Shown piece by piece: positions 27,720 to 34,964 of a stretch of 64,000 nt of DNA. The notes beneath the pieces are model-generated. The model was not told the origin of the DNA. It ran no database searches and saw only the letters and a list, made by a program, of their open reading frames with translations. The translations under genes were made by a program, and so were the position numbers. Source of the DNA: a virus; IMG/VR virus record IMGVR_UViG_3300028920_000061, positions 1-64,000 of that record. One strand, written 5' to 3'. How positions within the stretch are numbered: position 1 is the first letter of the stretch; every line of letters begins with the position of its first letter.

Positions 27720-28895
27720 ATGAGAATCAAAGCAATAATTGGAAGTGGCATGGGTGATGAAGGTAAGGGTCGCATGACCGAATACTTTTCCGACAGCAAA
27801 TCAATTGTTGTACGATTCAACGGAGGGGCACAAGCTGGTCATACTGTCGTACTTTCTGACTGGGCGCGTCATGTATTTCATCATTTTGGAAGTGGGAGCC
27901 TGCATGGTGCTCAAACATATCTGAGCAAATTTTTTATTGCCAATCCGATGTTCTTCTGTCGAGAGCGTAGAGAACTTCTGGCGAATTTTCAATGTAATCC
28001 TGATGTTTATATCAGTCCGTTTTGTTTTGTTACGACACCATGGGATATGATCATTAATGATCTAACAAATCAGAAAAACCAACATGGTACCTGTGGATTT
28101 GGCATTAACGAGACTGTTGAACGATGTCAGAAGATGACATTAAATGTCAGTACGCTTCAGGCGGACTACTTTGACGACCTTCTCATGCACATCGTCAATG
28201 ACTGGGTTCCGGTAAGAATTGAAGAGCTTGGGCTTGAGCCCGACGCAACATACCGCAAATGGCTTTCAAGCGAGAAGATGATAGACAATTTCAAAGATGA
28301 TGTCAAATCATTTCTCAATTGGGTAACGATAGGAGACCCAAACTTTGACTTTGCCGAACAAGTCATTTTTGAAGGCGCTCAGGGACTCATGCTCGATCAG
28401 AATCATGAAAATTTCCCATATGTTACCAGGTCGAATACGGGAACCGGAAATGTCCGCGAACTGATTGAGGATTTTCATCTTCACGATGAACTGGAAGTGA
28501 CATACGTTACCCGGTCATATGCGACCAGGCATGGGGCCGGACCTTTACTTCATGAGGATAAGACTCTCCAATATGGCGACCCAACAAACGTTCCAAACAG
28601 GTTTCAGGGAAGTCTACGATATGGCCTTCTCGATATAAATCAAATTGTTCATGAAATCAATCAAGATATGGTAAATCTAAACGGCCTGGAGTACAATCCA
28701 AGTATTGCAGTCACCTGCCTGGACCAAAATCCCGGATATTGTATCTGGGATGGTAAGGAAGAGCGCTTGTCACACAGTGAGCTATGCAAGCACGCTCTTG
28801 CGGACAATCTCCAGTTTAGCAAGGCGTATGGGTCCATTGGCCCCAGAACAACTGATCACATGAAAGTGTGGGAAAGGAAAGGGGTGCCAGTATAA
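27720..28895 (+). CDS. purA: Adenylosuccinate synthetase-like protein (divergent PurA)
   Basis: GMGDEGKG, RFNGGAQAGHT, FEGAQG, PYVTRS, YATRHGAGP. Confidence 0.8.
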   Translation: MRIKAIIGSGMGDEGKGRMTEYFSDSKSIVVRFNGGAQAGHTVVLSDWARHVFHHFGSGSLHGAQTYLSKFFIANPMFFCRERRELLANFQCNPDVYISPFCFVTTPWDMIINDLTNQKNQHGTCGFGINETVERCQKMTLNVSTLQADYFDDLLMHIVNDWVPVRIEELGLEPDATYRKWLSSEKMIDNFKDDVKSFLNWVTIGDPNFDFAEQVIFEGAQGLMLDQNHENFPYVTRSNTGTGNVRELIEDFHLHDELEVTYVTRSYATRHGAGPLLHEDKTLQYGDPTNVPNRFQGSLRYGLLDINQIVHEINQDMVNLNGLEYNPSIAVTCLDQNPGYCIWDGKEERLSHSELCKHALADNLQFSKAYGSIGPRTTDHMKVWERKGVPV

Positions 28896-29248
28896 TGGCT
28901 GAAGTAGCGCTGGTCAAAATCACTTGTTGCGCCGAAGGTTACCATGTTCCATTCTGGATATCGGCAGCGCACAATTCGCATCTTCATGATACGCATGAAT
29001 GGTTCTATTGTCCGAATGGTCATCAACAGCATTACCCGCAGGAGACCGACGAAGAAAAATTCAAGCGACTCTACGAATTCGAAAAGAAAAATCGGGTTCA
29101 GGTAGAGCGTAGAGCAGAAAGAAATTACCAGAATTTTGAACAACAGATTCGATATACAGCGGCGCAGAAAGGGCTCGTTACAAAACTTCGCAAACAACTG
29201 AGGGAAAAGAATGAAAGAGATAATCTACCCAAACGGGGAAACGCTTGA
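28895..29248 (+). CDS. Hypothetical protein with Zn-binding motif and coiled coil
   Basis: CC...FYCPNGH; start overlaps the purA stop. Confidence 0.55.
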   Translation: MAEVALVKITCCAEGYHVPFWISAAHNSHLHDTHEWFYCPNGHQQHYPQETDEEKFKRLYEFEKKNRVQVERRAERNYQNFEQQIRYTAAQKGLVTKLRKQLREKNERDNLPKRGNA

Positions 29249-29474
29249 CTTTGAAACAAAAAAAGAGAAGCCAAGTCTTAAAGAACTGCAGAAAGCGGTT
29301 GGGGGGTACATTGAGTTGGTTCAGCTTCTTGATGGCAATATCATGATCATAAATGAAGAAGGGAAGCTCAACGATCTTGAGCCGAACCATGTTGCTACTG
29401 AAAAAGCGTTTCCTAAAGGTGGTGATATTATTGTCGGGAATGCTGTCGTACTTTCACCGGAGTTGATGATCTAA
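29211..29474 (+). CDS. DUF3846-like small phage protein
   Basis: LKELQKAVGGYIE...NEEGKL..L.PN..AT...IVGNAV. Confidence 0.75.
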   Translation: MKEIIYPNGETLDFETKKEKPSLKELQKAVGGYIELVQLLDGNIMIINEEGKLNDLEPNHVATEKAFPKGGDIIVGNAVVLSPELMI

Positions 29475-29698
29475 TGCCAGAAATTATTATAACCATAGCA
29501 GCCAAAGAGCTGGATCATGAGCAGCTTGATGAGGTTCGATATACAATTGAAAAGGTGGCTTCTTTGTTAGCAAATTCAAAGCCACCAAGCTTAAATGAAG
29601 TTATGGCGAATGCGTTAACAGGCACATTACCTGAGATGAGAACTCCAACCATGGTAATGAAAGCCACTTATGATTACATGCGGGGGAATCGTGGGTGA
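29474..29698 (+). CDS. Small hypothetical protein
   Basis: Stop/start overlap with the upstream gene. Confidence 0.5.
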   Translation: MPEIIITIAAKELDHEQLDEVRYTIEKVASLLANSKPPSLNEVMANALTGTLPEMRTPTMVMKATYDYMRGNRG

Positions 29699-29842
29699 AT
29701 ACATGATACCAGCAGATGAGTTTATTGACGGGTTCGAAGACTTCCTTCGTAACTTTGAAGGTAATGTGTCAGCGGAATGTGTAGCCGAAGCGTGGAACAG
29801 GCTGGCTGAAAAATACGAATGGTCTGATAAGTTATTTGCCAA

Positions 29843-30049
29843 ATGAAAAGAAAAAGAATTGATATACCCAATGACGCGGTTCGGTCACTTGACTGGTTAT
29901 GTGAAAAATGTGGCGAATCGCGTCCTGGGTGTATTTTAAGATTAATAGCAATGGGAGTTCGTGAAACAGAACTTTTTCTTCAAAGAAAGAAGTATCAAGA
30001 AGTTATCAATCGGTGGGGAGAACCTACTCGAAAGATGGTCAAAAAATGA
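29843..30049 (+). CDS. Small protein, possible ribbon-helix-helix
   Basis: MKRKRIDIP.D....LD.LC...G.SR...ILRLI pattern. Confidence 0.45.
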   Translation: MKRKRIDIPNDAVRSLDWLCEKCGESRPGCILRLIAMGVRETELFLQRKKYQEVINRWGEPTRKMVKK

Positions 30050-30086
30050 AAGTTTGTAATACAAGGAGTTATGCAAAACTCTAGTC

Positions 30087-30344
30087 ATGCTTTTTATTGA
30101 TCGGAGGTTGCTTGTGTTTCAAATAATGTTAGCATCATTCATAACAGGGTTTGTGTGTTTCTTGCTTGGTTGCTGGTATCAGCAACGCAACAGTAACACT
30201 AAGGTAGGCACTCCTTCCGCATCGCACAACAGGCCAATTATGCAAGTTTGCCCTGTGTGCGGTAGTAGCGTTTCTTTACAACCATCTTTGGGTGCAAATA
30301 TATACGGCTGTTGCAAGTGCGAGTGGTACGGCAAACCAGCATAA
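30087..30344 (+). CDS. Cassette 1 protein: TM helix plus C-terminal Zn ribbon
   Basis: Hydrophobic segment; CPVC...CCKC encoded inside site 1; alternative GTG start at 30114 after GGAGG. Confidence 0.6.
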   Translation: MLFIDRRLLVFQIMLASFITGFVCFLLGCWYQQRNSNTKVGTPSASHNRPIMQVCPVCGSSVSLQPSLGANIYGCCKCEWYGKPA

Positions 30345-30363
30345 GTTGGCCGAACCGTTGTCG
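30224..30363 (+). repeat. attC-like site 1
   Basis: GCACAAC-A-GGCCAATTATGC...GCATAA-G-TTGGCC-GAACC-GTTGTCG. Confidence 0.75.
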
Positions 30364-30400
30364 GCAATATCTGTTGAACCATAATGTAAAGGAGTGCCTA

Positions 30401-30718
30401 ATGGCAAATTTTCGTAATCAACTTACCGACCTTATCAACTGTCACTCGCTAGAGAACGGCAGTGATACTCCAGACTACATCTTGGCAGCATACTTGGATG
30501 GTTGCCGCAAAGAATTTGACGCTGCCGTTAACGCCCGTGCTCGGCACTCCTCAGAACAAGAGGTGTCAACAGAGAAAGCCGACAACAGCGACTATGCGGC
30601 GGCGCTTGAAGTGTGGGGCGAGTTTTTGAACACGTTCGTGATAACAGAAAGCGATAATAAGGTTTTTCCAGAGTGGTGTCGTAAGCGCCTCAATTCGGAG
30701 AAACCGAACTGCGCATAA
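30401..30718 (+). CDS. Cassette 2 protein (ENGSDTPDYILA-type small phage protein plus tail)
   Basis: RBS AAGGAG; stop inside site 2. Confidence 0.7.
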   Translation: MANFRNQLTDLINCHSLENGSDTPDYILAAYLDGCRKEFDAAVNARARHSSEQEVSTEKADNSDYAAALEVWGEFLNTFVITESDNKVFPEWCRKRLNSEKPNCA

Positions 30719-30733
30719 TCGCAAACGTTGTAC
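30580..30733 (+). repeat. attC-like site 2
   Basis: CGACAAC-A-GCGACTATGCG...CGCATAATCGC-AAAC-GTTGTAC. Confidence 0.75.
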
Positions 30734-30767
30734 AAAATTTGTGCGCTTTTGAATTGGAGGTTGCGCC

Positions 30768-30971
30768 GTGAAATATTGTAAGGTTGAATTTATGTGCGAT
30801 TGGTATCCGAACGATACGAGTAAATGCCCTCACCGTGTTTTAGATAAGTACCGTGATTGCATTTACGAAAATATTATTGCCGAAAACTATGCTATTTGTG
30901 GCAGCGAAGAGGCGCAACGGGAAGCTATGGAAGCGCACAAACTTCGTACAACAGGCCAAGTGTCGCAATAG
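30768..30971 (+). CDS. Cassette 3 Cys-rich small protein
   Basis: RBS GGAGG, GTG start; stop inside site 3. Confidence 0.6.
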   Translation: MKYCKVEFMCDWYPNDTSKCPHRVLDKYRDCIYENIIAENYAICGSEEAQREAMEAHKLRTTGQVSQ

Positions 30972-31009
30972 TCAAAGCACTACTGCGCACGTTGGCCGGA
31001 ACGTTGCAG
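30946..31009 (+). repeat. attC-like site 3
   Basis: GTACAAC-A-GGCCAAGTGTCGCA...TGCGCAC-G-TTGGCC-GGAAC-GTTGCAG. Confidence 0.78.
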
Positions 31010-31042
31010 GCCATAGGGGCTGAACCATATTGGAGGTTGGTA

Positions 31043-31324
31043 GTGGTGCAAGTAAAGTGGTTGCAGATATACAAGTGTCGTGACTGTTGGCACCTTGAGC
31101 CGAGTTACGGAACTGGTGATAGGCGTTGCGGATTAACTGGGCGCAAGTGTGAATATGTCCCCGGCGTTGGGTGGTATGAGGATGTGCCGGAATGGTGTCC
31201 ACTACCAACAGCAGAATCGGAGTCAGCCCCAACAGGCCAACAACAGTCCGCAGGAACGCCATTGTCGCAGGATTATGGAATAAATAAACGGTTGGAGCGC
31301 GAACAACAGCGTCCGTGCGGCTAA
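31043..31324 (+). CDS. Cassette 4 Cys-rich protein (C..C...C...PEWCPL)
   Basis: RBS GGAGG, GTG start; stop inside site 4. Confidence 0.6.
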   Translation: MVQVKWLQIYKCRDCWHLEPSYGTGDRRCGLTGRKCEYVPGVGWYEDVPEWCPLPTAESESAPTGQQQSAGTPLSQDYGINKRLEREQQRPCG

Positions 31325-31333
31325 TCGTTGTAG
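31238..31333 (+). repeat. attC-like site 4
   Basis: CAACAAC-AGT-CCGCAGGAACGC...GCGTCC-G-TGCGG-CTAATC-GTTGTAG. Confidence 0.72.
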
Positions 31334-31370
31334 GTCATAGCTGGTGAACCATATTGTAAAGGCGGTCAAC

Positions 31371-31661
31371 ATGGATTTTGAAAATAGAAAGAAGTTGCGC
31401 GAGAAGTACCGAGAAGAAACTGGATTTATGTGGAAGGTTCCACACCCAAAGTTTCTGCTTGCATCAGAGGGGTATGTCATGTGGCTTGAAGACCGCCTTG
31501 AAAAGGCGGAGTCACCAGCAACGAACCCACAACAAACGCAGCCTGCCATTGCTCAACTCTGGGAACGGTATTCTGGTATTATGCCTGACGATACTCTGGA
31601 GAAACGTGCTTGTATTGCTAATTTTGTCAGATATGTTGAGCAACAACAGGCGGGTGCGTAA
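31371..31661 (+). CDS. Cassette 5 protein
   Basis: Y..ETG...YV.WLE pattern; stop inside site 5. Confidence 0.6.
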   Translation: MDFENRKKLREKYREETGFMWKVPHPKFLLASEGYVMWLEDRLEKAESPATNPQQTQPAIAQLWERYSGIMPDDTLEKRACIANFVRYVEQQQAGA

Positions 31662-31671
31662 TCAGTTGTGC
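31527..31671 (+). repeat. attC-like site 5
   Basis: CCACAAC-AA-ACGCAGCCTGCC...CAGGCGGGTGCGT-AATCA-GTTGTGC. Confidence 0.72.
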
Positions 31672-31718
31672 GCAATCAACTGGCGAGTCTACATTGTAGG
31701 CCGCCGAAGGAGGTAAAG

Positions 31719-31922
31719 ATGAAAGGATTTATCGGTTTGATTATTGTGGTTCAAATTGTAGTGTACATCGGGATGGTGTCACTGGTCGGATGGGGCCTCT
31801 GGACTGGCGCAAGATATGTGTCAAAGCACGGCGTAAAATCAATTGTAGAGGAAATGTGGAACGGGTCGGCGGCAGAAAAAGAGGGTTCGCCAGTTGACAA
31901 CACACAACAGCCGCAGCACTAA
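31719..31922 (+). CDS. Cassette 6 small membrane protein
   Basis: RBS AAGGAGG; long hydrophobic helix. Confidence 0.65.
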   Translation: MKGFIGLIIVVQIVVYIGMVSLVGWGLWTGARYVSKHGVKSIVEEMWNGSAAEKEGSPVDNTQQPQH

Positions 31923-31962
31923 ATACTATCGTACTTCGTGCGAGTGCGGCGATACGTTGTGT
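31902..31962 (+). repeat. attC-like site 6
   Basis: ACACAAC-A-GCCGCAGCAC...GTGCGAGTGCGGC-GATAC-GTTGTGT. Confidence 0.75.
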
Positions 31963-31999
31963 GTTCGCTTCGCAAATTTTAACCTTTGGAGTATTGTAA

Positions 32000-32272
32000 A
32001 TGGAAATACATTGTTGCGGTTGCGTTGCTGAAGATATTTGTGAGGCTGTTCAGGGCGATAATAGATGTCTTGATTTCCATAAGGCTTTGGAAGCGGTTAA
32101 AACGTCACACAACAGCGCTAGTACGCAATATTTTCCCGATGAAAAGGAGATGAAACATGCCGCGAGTCAGTGGATTGATTACCTAAGCACTATAGATTCA
32201 ACATACTCTGACTTAGAGCAAACTTTTATACAGGGAGTACGATGGGGTATCGGCCAACTGCCGGGCAAGTAG
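32000..32272 (+). CDS. Cassette 7 protein
   Basis: RBS GGAG; Cys-rich N-terminus; AA...FIQGVRW tail inside site 7. Confidence 0.6.
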   Translation: MEIHCCGCVAEDICEAVQGDNRCLDFHKALEAVKTSHNSASTQYFPDEKEMKHAASQWIDYLSTIDSTYSDLEQTFIQGVRWGIGQLPGK

Positions 32273-32287
32273 TGCGAGACGTTTTGT
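32107..32287 (+). repeat. attC-like site 7
   Basis: ACACAAC-A-GCGCTA...TAGTGC-GAGAC-GTTTTGT. Confidence 0.6.
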
Positions 32288-32318
32288 GAATATGCCGATG
32301 TAAAATGCAAATGGAGGT

Positions 32319-32639
32319 GTGATTAAACATGAAAGCTATAGTATTCGGATCAGAAGGTTGTGTGAAAGTCCAGTCAGCTTTTTAACAATTGGAGGCGGCA
32401 TGCCACATTTCAGCGAAGAAGAAACGATTTCGATAATCAAACGTCTGATTGAGTTAGCAGAAATCAAGGAAGGGCGCCTCAAATCTAAGGAGTTGGCTAC
32501 TTCACCCAACAACCGCTATGCGACGGCGCTTGAGGTGTTGAATGAGTATGAAGAGGATGATTCATATTCTCCCAACGAACCGCCGTTTGAGATATGGCTC
32601 AAGTTGCGCCTAAATGCCGATGGCACTTCGCATAGCTAA
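32319..32639 (+). CDS. Cassette 8 protein
   Basis: RBS GGAGG (alternative start 32400); tail inside site 8. Confidence 0.55.
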   Translation: MIKHESYSIRIRRLCESPVSFLTIGGGMPHFSEEETISIIKRLIELAEIKEGRLKSKELATSPNNRYATALEVLNEYEEDDSYSPNEPPFEIWLKLRLNADGTSHS

Positions 32640-32649
32640 ATCGTTATAG
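32504..32649 (+). repeat. attC-like site 8
   Basis: ACCCAAC-AACC-GCTATGCGA...TCGCATAGC-TAAATC-GTTATAG. Confidence 0.75.
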
Positions 32650-32701
32650 TCAATAAATTTGCCTTCTGATAGTATAGTCAGCTGGTAAGAAAGGAATTAT
32701 T

Positions 32702-32854
32702 ATGCCATTGTATACAGTATCAGCAGATTGTCCAATCACGGAGTACGAAGCTGATGATGAAATGGGTGCTATCGAACAGTATTCTGAGAATTATCGTGTT
32801 AATTACAAGTTTTGTTCAGCAACAAAGTGTGATGAACCCGCTGAAGAAGAATAA
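32702..32854 (+). CDS. Cassette 9 acidic 50-aa protein (not in ORF track)
   Basis: AAGGA RBS; MPLYTVSADCPITEYEADDEMGAIEQYSENYRVNYKFCSATKCDEPAEEE. Confidence 0.55.
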   Translation: MPLYTVSADCPITEYEADDEMGAIEQYSENYRVNYKFCSATKCDEPAEEE

Positions 32855-32872
32855 GGTGGGCAAATTTACAGC

Positions 32873-32940
32873 AACCAACAACCGTATGGTGTTCGTTTCA
32901 CGAATGCGGGTATGCACTTCACCATACTTTCCCGTTATAG
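32873..32940 (+). repeat. attC-like site 9
   Basis: AACCAAC-AACC-GTATGGTG...CACCATAC-TTTCCC-GTTATAG. Confidence 0.75.
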
Positions 32941-32959
32941 GCTGTTTGAGGAGGCTTTT

Positions 32960-33226
32960 ATGGATATAGCAAATTTGACCCGATACACTATTGATTATGT
33001 TCCAGACTCTTGTGATGGTGATTATGTTCAGCATAATGTAAGCAAGGATGGCGAGTATGTCAAATTTGAGGAAGCTATGGAAGCCTCCTCAAACAGCCTA
33101 CAACAGCTAAAGGCTGAAATTTTAGCACTACGCAAAGATGGTGTAGTTGCAGACGATATGTATTGGATTGGTTGGAACATGGCCCTTGAACGTACTGCTG
33201 GTATGCTAAAACAATCAGCCGTTTAG
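32960..33226 (+). CDS. Cassette 10 protein
   Basis: RBS GAGGAGG; DGEYVKFEE motif; GWNMAL tail inside site 10. Confidence 0.65.
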   Translation: MDIANLTRYTIDYVPDSCDGDYVQHNVSKDGEYVKFEEAMEASSNSLQQLKAEILALRKDGVVADDMYWIGWNMALERTAGMLKQSAV

Positions 33227-33238
33227 CAAACATTGTCG
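33098..33238 (+). repeat. attC-like site 10 (ATT instead of GTT)
   Basis: CTACAAC-A-GCTAAAGGCTGA...TCAGCC-G-TTTAGC-AAAC-ATTGTCG. Confidence 0.7.
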
Positions 33239-33272
33239 GTAATCGGTTGTCAAATTATAGAAGGGCGGCAAA

Positions 33273-33584
33273 ATGAAGTTGAAAATGCACTCGTTTGATT
33301 TTGGTGAAAACACTCTGACATTTAGTATTCCCGCTGCTACTATGGAGTCCCATGCTTGGGGTAATGTCCCTGATGGTGTAGATGTAGACCTGTCCAAGGT
33401 GACTAATGACGTTGCCCTTGGGACTAATGGAACAACCGACTCCGCTGGCGCTACCGACAACATCGCAAGGGACGAAATATTGCGCTGTATCACGTACATA
33501 GATAATTATTTATCGGCTGGCAATATTGAATCGGCTCGCAAATGGTGCAACGAAGTACGCGCAATACTATCGCCCGTTGCGTAA
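33273..33584 (+). CDS. Cassette 11 protein
   Basis: ORF with helical tail inside site 11. Confidence 0.6.
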   Translation: MKLKMHSFDFGENTLTFSIPAATMESHAWGNVPDGVDVDLSKVTNDVALGTNGTTDSAGATDNIARDEILRCITYIDNYLSAGNIESARKWCNEVRAILSPVA

Positions 33585-33593
33585 CCGTTGCAC
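33455..33593 (+). repeat. attC-like site 11
   Basis: CGACAAC-AT-CGCAAGGGACGA...TCGCCC-G-TTGCG-TAACC-GTTGCAC. Confidence 0.75.
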
Positions 33594-33621
33594 GCCAGTT
33601 TTGATTTTGGAGATTTGTATT

Positions 33622-33804
33622 ATGTCAATATTGCCTAAACGTTGCAAATGTGGCAGATGGTCGTGGAGTATTCGGCGTAGAAGATTAAACACAGCCTACG
33701 TTGACGAGGAAAGAAATTATATGTACTCGTGTCGCGAGTGCTATGAAGAGGCTTACGAATACTACGCCGAACGATGGGCGGATTATTATGCTAATTGCAT
33801 GTAG
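33622..33804 (+). CDS. Cassette 12 small Zn-finger-like protein
   Basis: RBS GGAG; CKCG...RRRLNTAYVDEERN...CRECY..Y.ERW..YY. Confidence 0.65.
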   Translation: MSILPKRCKCGRWSWSIRRRRLNTAYVDEERNYMYSCRECYEEAYEYYAERWADYYANCM

Positions 33805-33845
33805 GAAGTGCAAAACCAGCATGCAACAACAGCCGGAGGTAAAAA

Positions 33846-34088
33846 ATGCAAGAACAAAGAGAAAAAGCCCATTCGATATTACGCAAGGCATTCGATGAGG
33901 CTGGAATAGCAGATGGGTTTTATTGTGGTGTTTTAATGGATGGAACTGATGTATCCGCGTACAGTGTCGGACGTGAGAATAAGGCAGAGTATTCTAACGT
34001 AGAGCGGTATCAACGCCTTCTCGGTGTTGTTGAATCGTGCAAATACTCATTATTGGTCAAAGCTCACGAAAAGCAGGAAAAATCATGA
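33846..34088 (+). CDS. Small hypothetical protein
   Basis: RBS GGAGG. Confidence 0.55.
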   Translation: MQEQREKAHSILRKAFDEAGIADGFYCGVLMDGTDVSAYSVGRENKAEYSNVERYQRLLGVVESCKYSLLVKAHEKQEKS

Positions 34089-34197
34089 AAGGTTTTGTCA
34101 CCCCACAACAATGATGTTATTTTTTTTCACTTTGTGGAATAGTAATAATATACAGATCTTTTGAAATATCATATATTCTACAACAAAGGAGGAATTC

Positions 34198-34959
34198 ATG
34201 GCAAAGGTCCATGAAATTGTTGCTGTCGAGAAAGACGTGAAGGGCACATTCAATAAGATGCTGGGTGAAACTCGCATGACATTCCTGAAGGGTGAGCATT
34301 TCGATGAGCACCTGAAAGAATACCAGCCGCTCAATGCTGACGATCGTGAACAGCTCGATGCCGAACACAAGCCCATGGCTGACACTGTCCCCAGCAAGTT
34401 GTCATATTTCATGGGGCATATGAAGAGAATGTTCGACTTGGTGATACAGAAAGAAGTATCCAATCTGGACGCCAAAGCTGATGTCACTGTTCAAACAGAC
34501 AGTGGTGATGAAGTTGTTTTGTACGAACAGGCTCCGGTTGCGGCTATTGTTCAGCTTACCAATCTGATGGAAAGCGTTCGGATTCAGGTTCTTTTGAATA
34601 TCCCCACGCTTGATCCGGCAAGATCCTGGGCATCCGACGGAAATCGTCAGGACGTGTTTGTCACCCCCGAAGTCAGACGCGCCAGAACCAAGAAGGTGCA
34701 GGTCCCTATCGAATTGTCGCCGGCTACAGACAGACACCCGGCGCAGGTTCAGCTTGTCACGGAAGATGTGACTACCGGCCACTGGGTGCAGAAGTACTGG
34801 TCCGGTAAGATATCTTCGGCTGACAAGTCAATGATTCTGAAACGAACCGACGCCCTCATAGCAGGCCTCAAAAGAGCCAAGTCGAGGGCTAATGAGAGTG
34901 AGGCGAAGAAGGTTGCCATAGGCGATCGCTGCGCCAAATGGATTTTGACAGGAGAATAA
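34198..34959 (+). CDS. Conserved hypothetical protein (MAK.HEI.AVE / ATDRHPAQV type)
   Basis: RBS AGGAGG; motif pattern recalled from uncharacterised phage and bacterial proteins. Confidence 0.75.
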   Translation: MAKVHEIVAVEKDVKGTFNKMLGETRMTFLKGEHFDEHLKEYQPLNADDREQLDAEHKPMADTVPSKLSYFMGHMKRMFDLVIQKEVSNLDAKADVTVQTDSGDEVVLYEQAPVAAIVQLTNLMESVRIQVLLNIPTLDPARSWASDGNRQDVFVTPEVRRARTKKVQVPIELSPATDRHPAQVQLVTEDVTTGHWVQKYWSGKISSADKSMILKRTDALIAGLKRAKSRANESEAKKVAIGDRCAKWILTGE

Positions 34960-34964
34960 TCAAT

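Larger units (their letters stand above)
30050..33830 (+). mobile_element. Integron-like gene-cassette array (about 12 units, 11 attC-like sites plus one half-site; no integrase seen in window)
   Basis: Regular AAC...imperfect hairpin...GTT sites; sequence after each GTT is reverse-complementary to the sequence before the next AAC; one short ORF with its own RBS per unit. Confidence 0.8.

Noticed and set aside
27720-28895. PurZ (Z-genome) enzyme
   Set aside because: It keeps the PurA-type Asp in GDEGKG rather than the Ser of PurZ, and no datZ/mazZ-like neighbours are visible
32665-32695. tRNA fragment (TAGTCAGCTGGTAAGA)
   Set aside because: D-loop-like only; no T-arm or acceptor stem
30050-33830. 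CRISPR array
   Set aside because: No identical direct repeats or regular 30-40-nt spacers; the units are hairpins separated by ORFs
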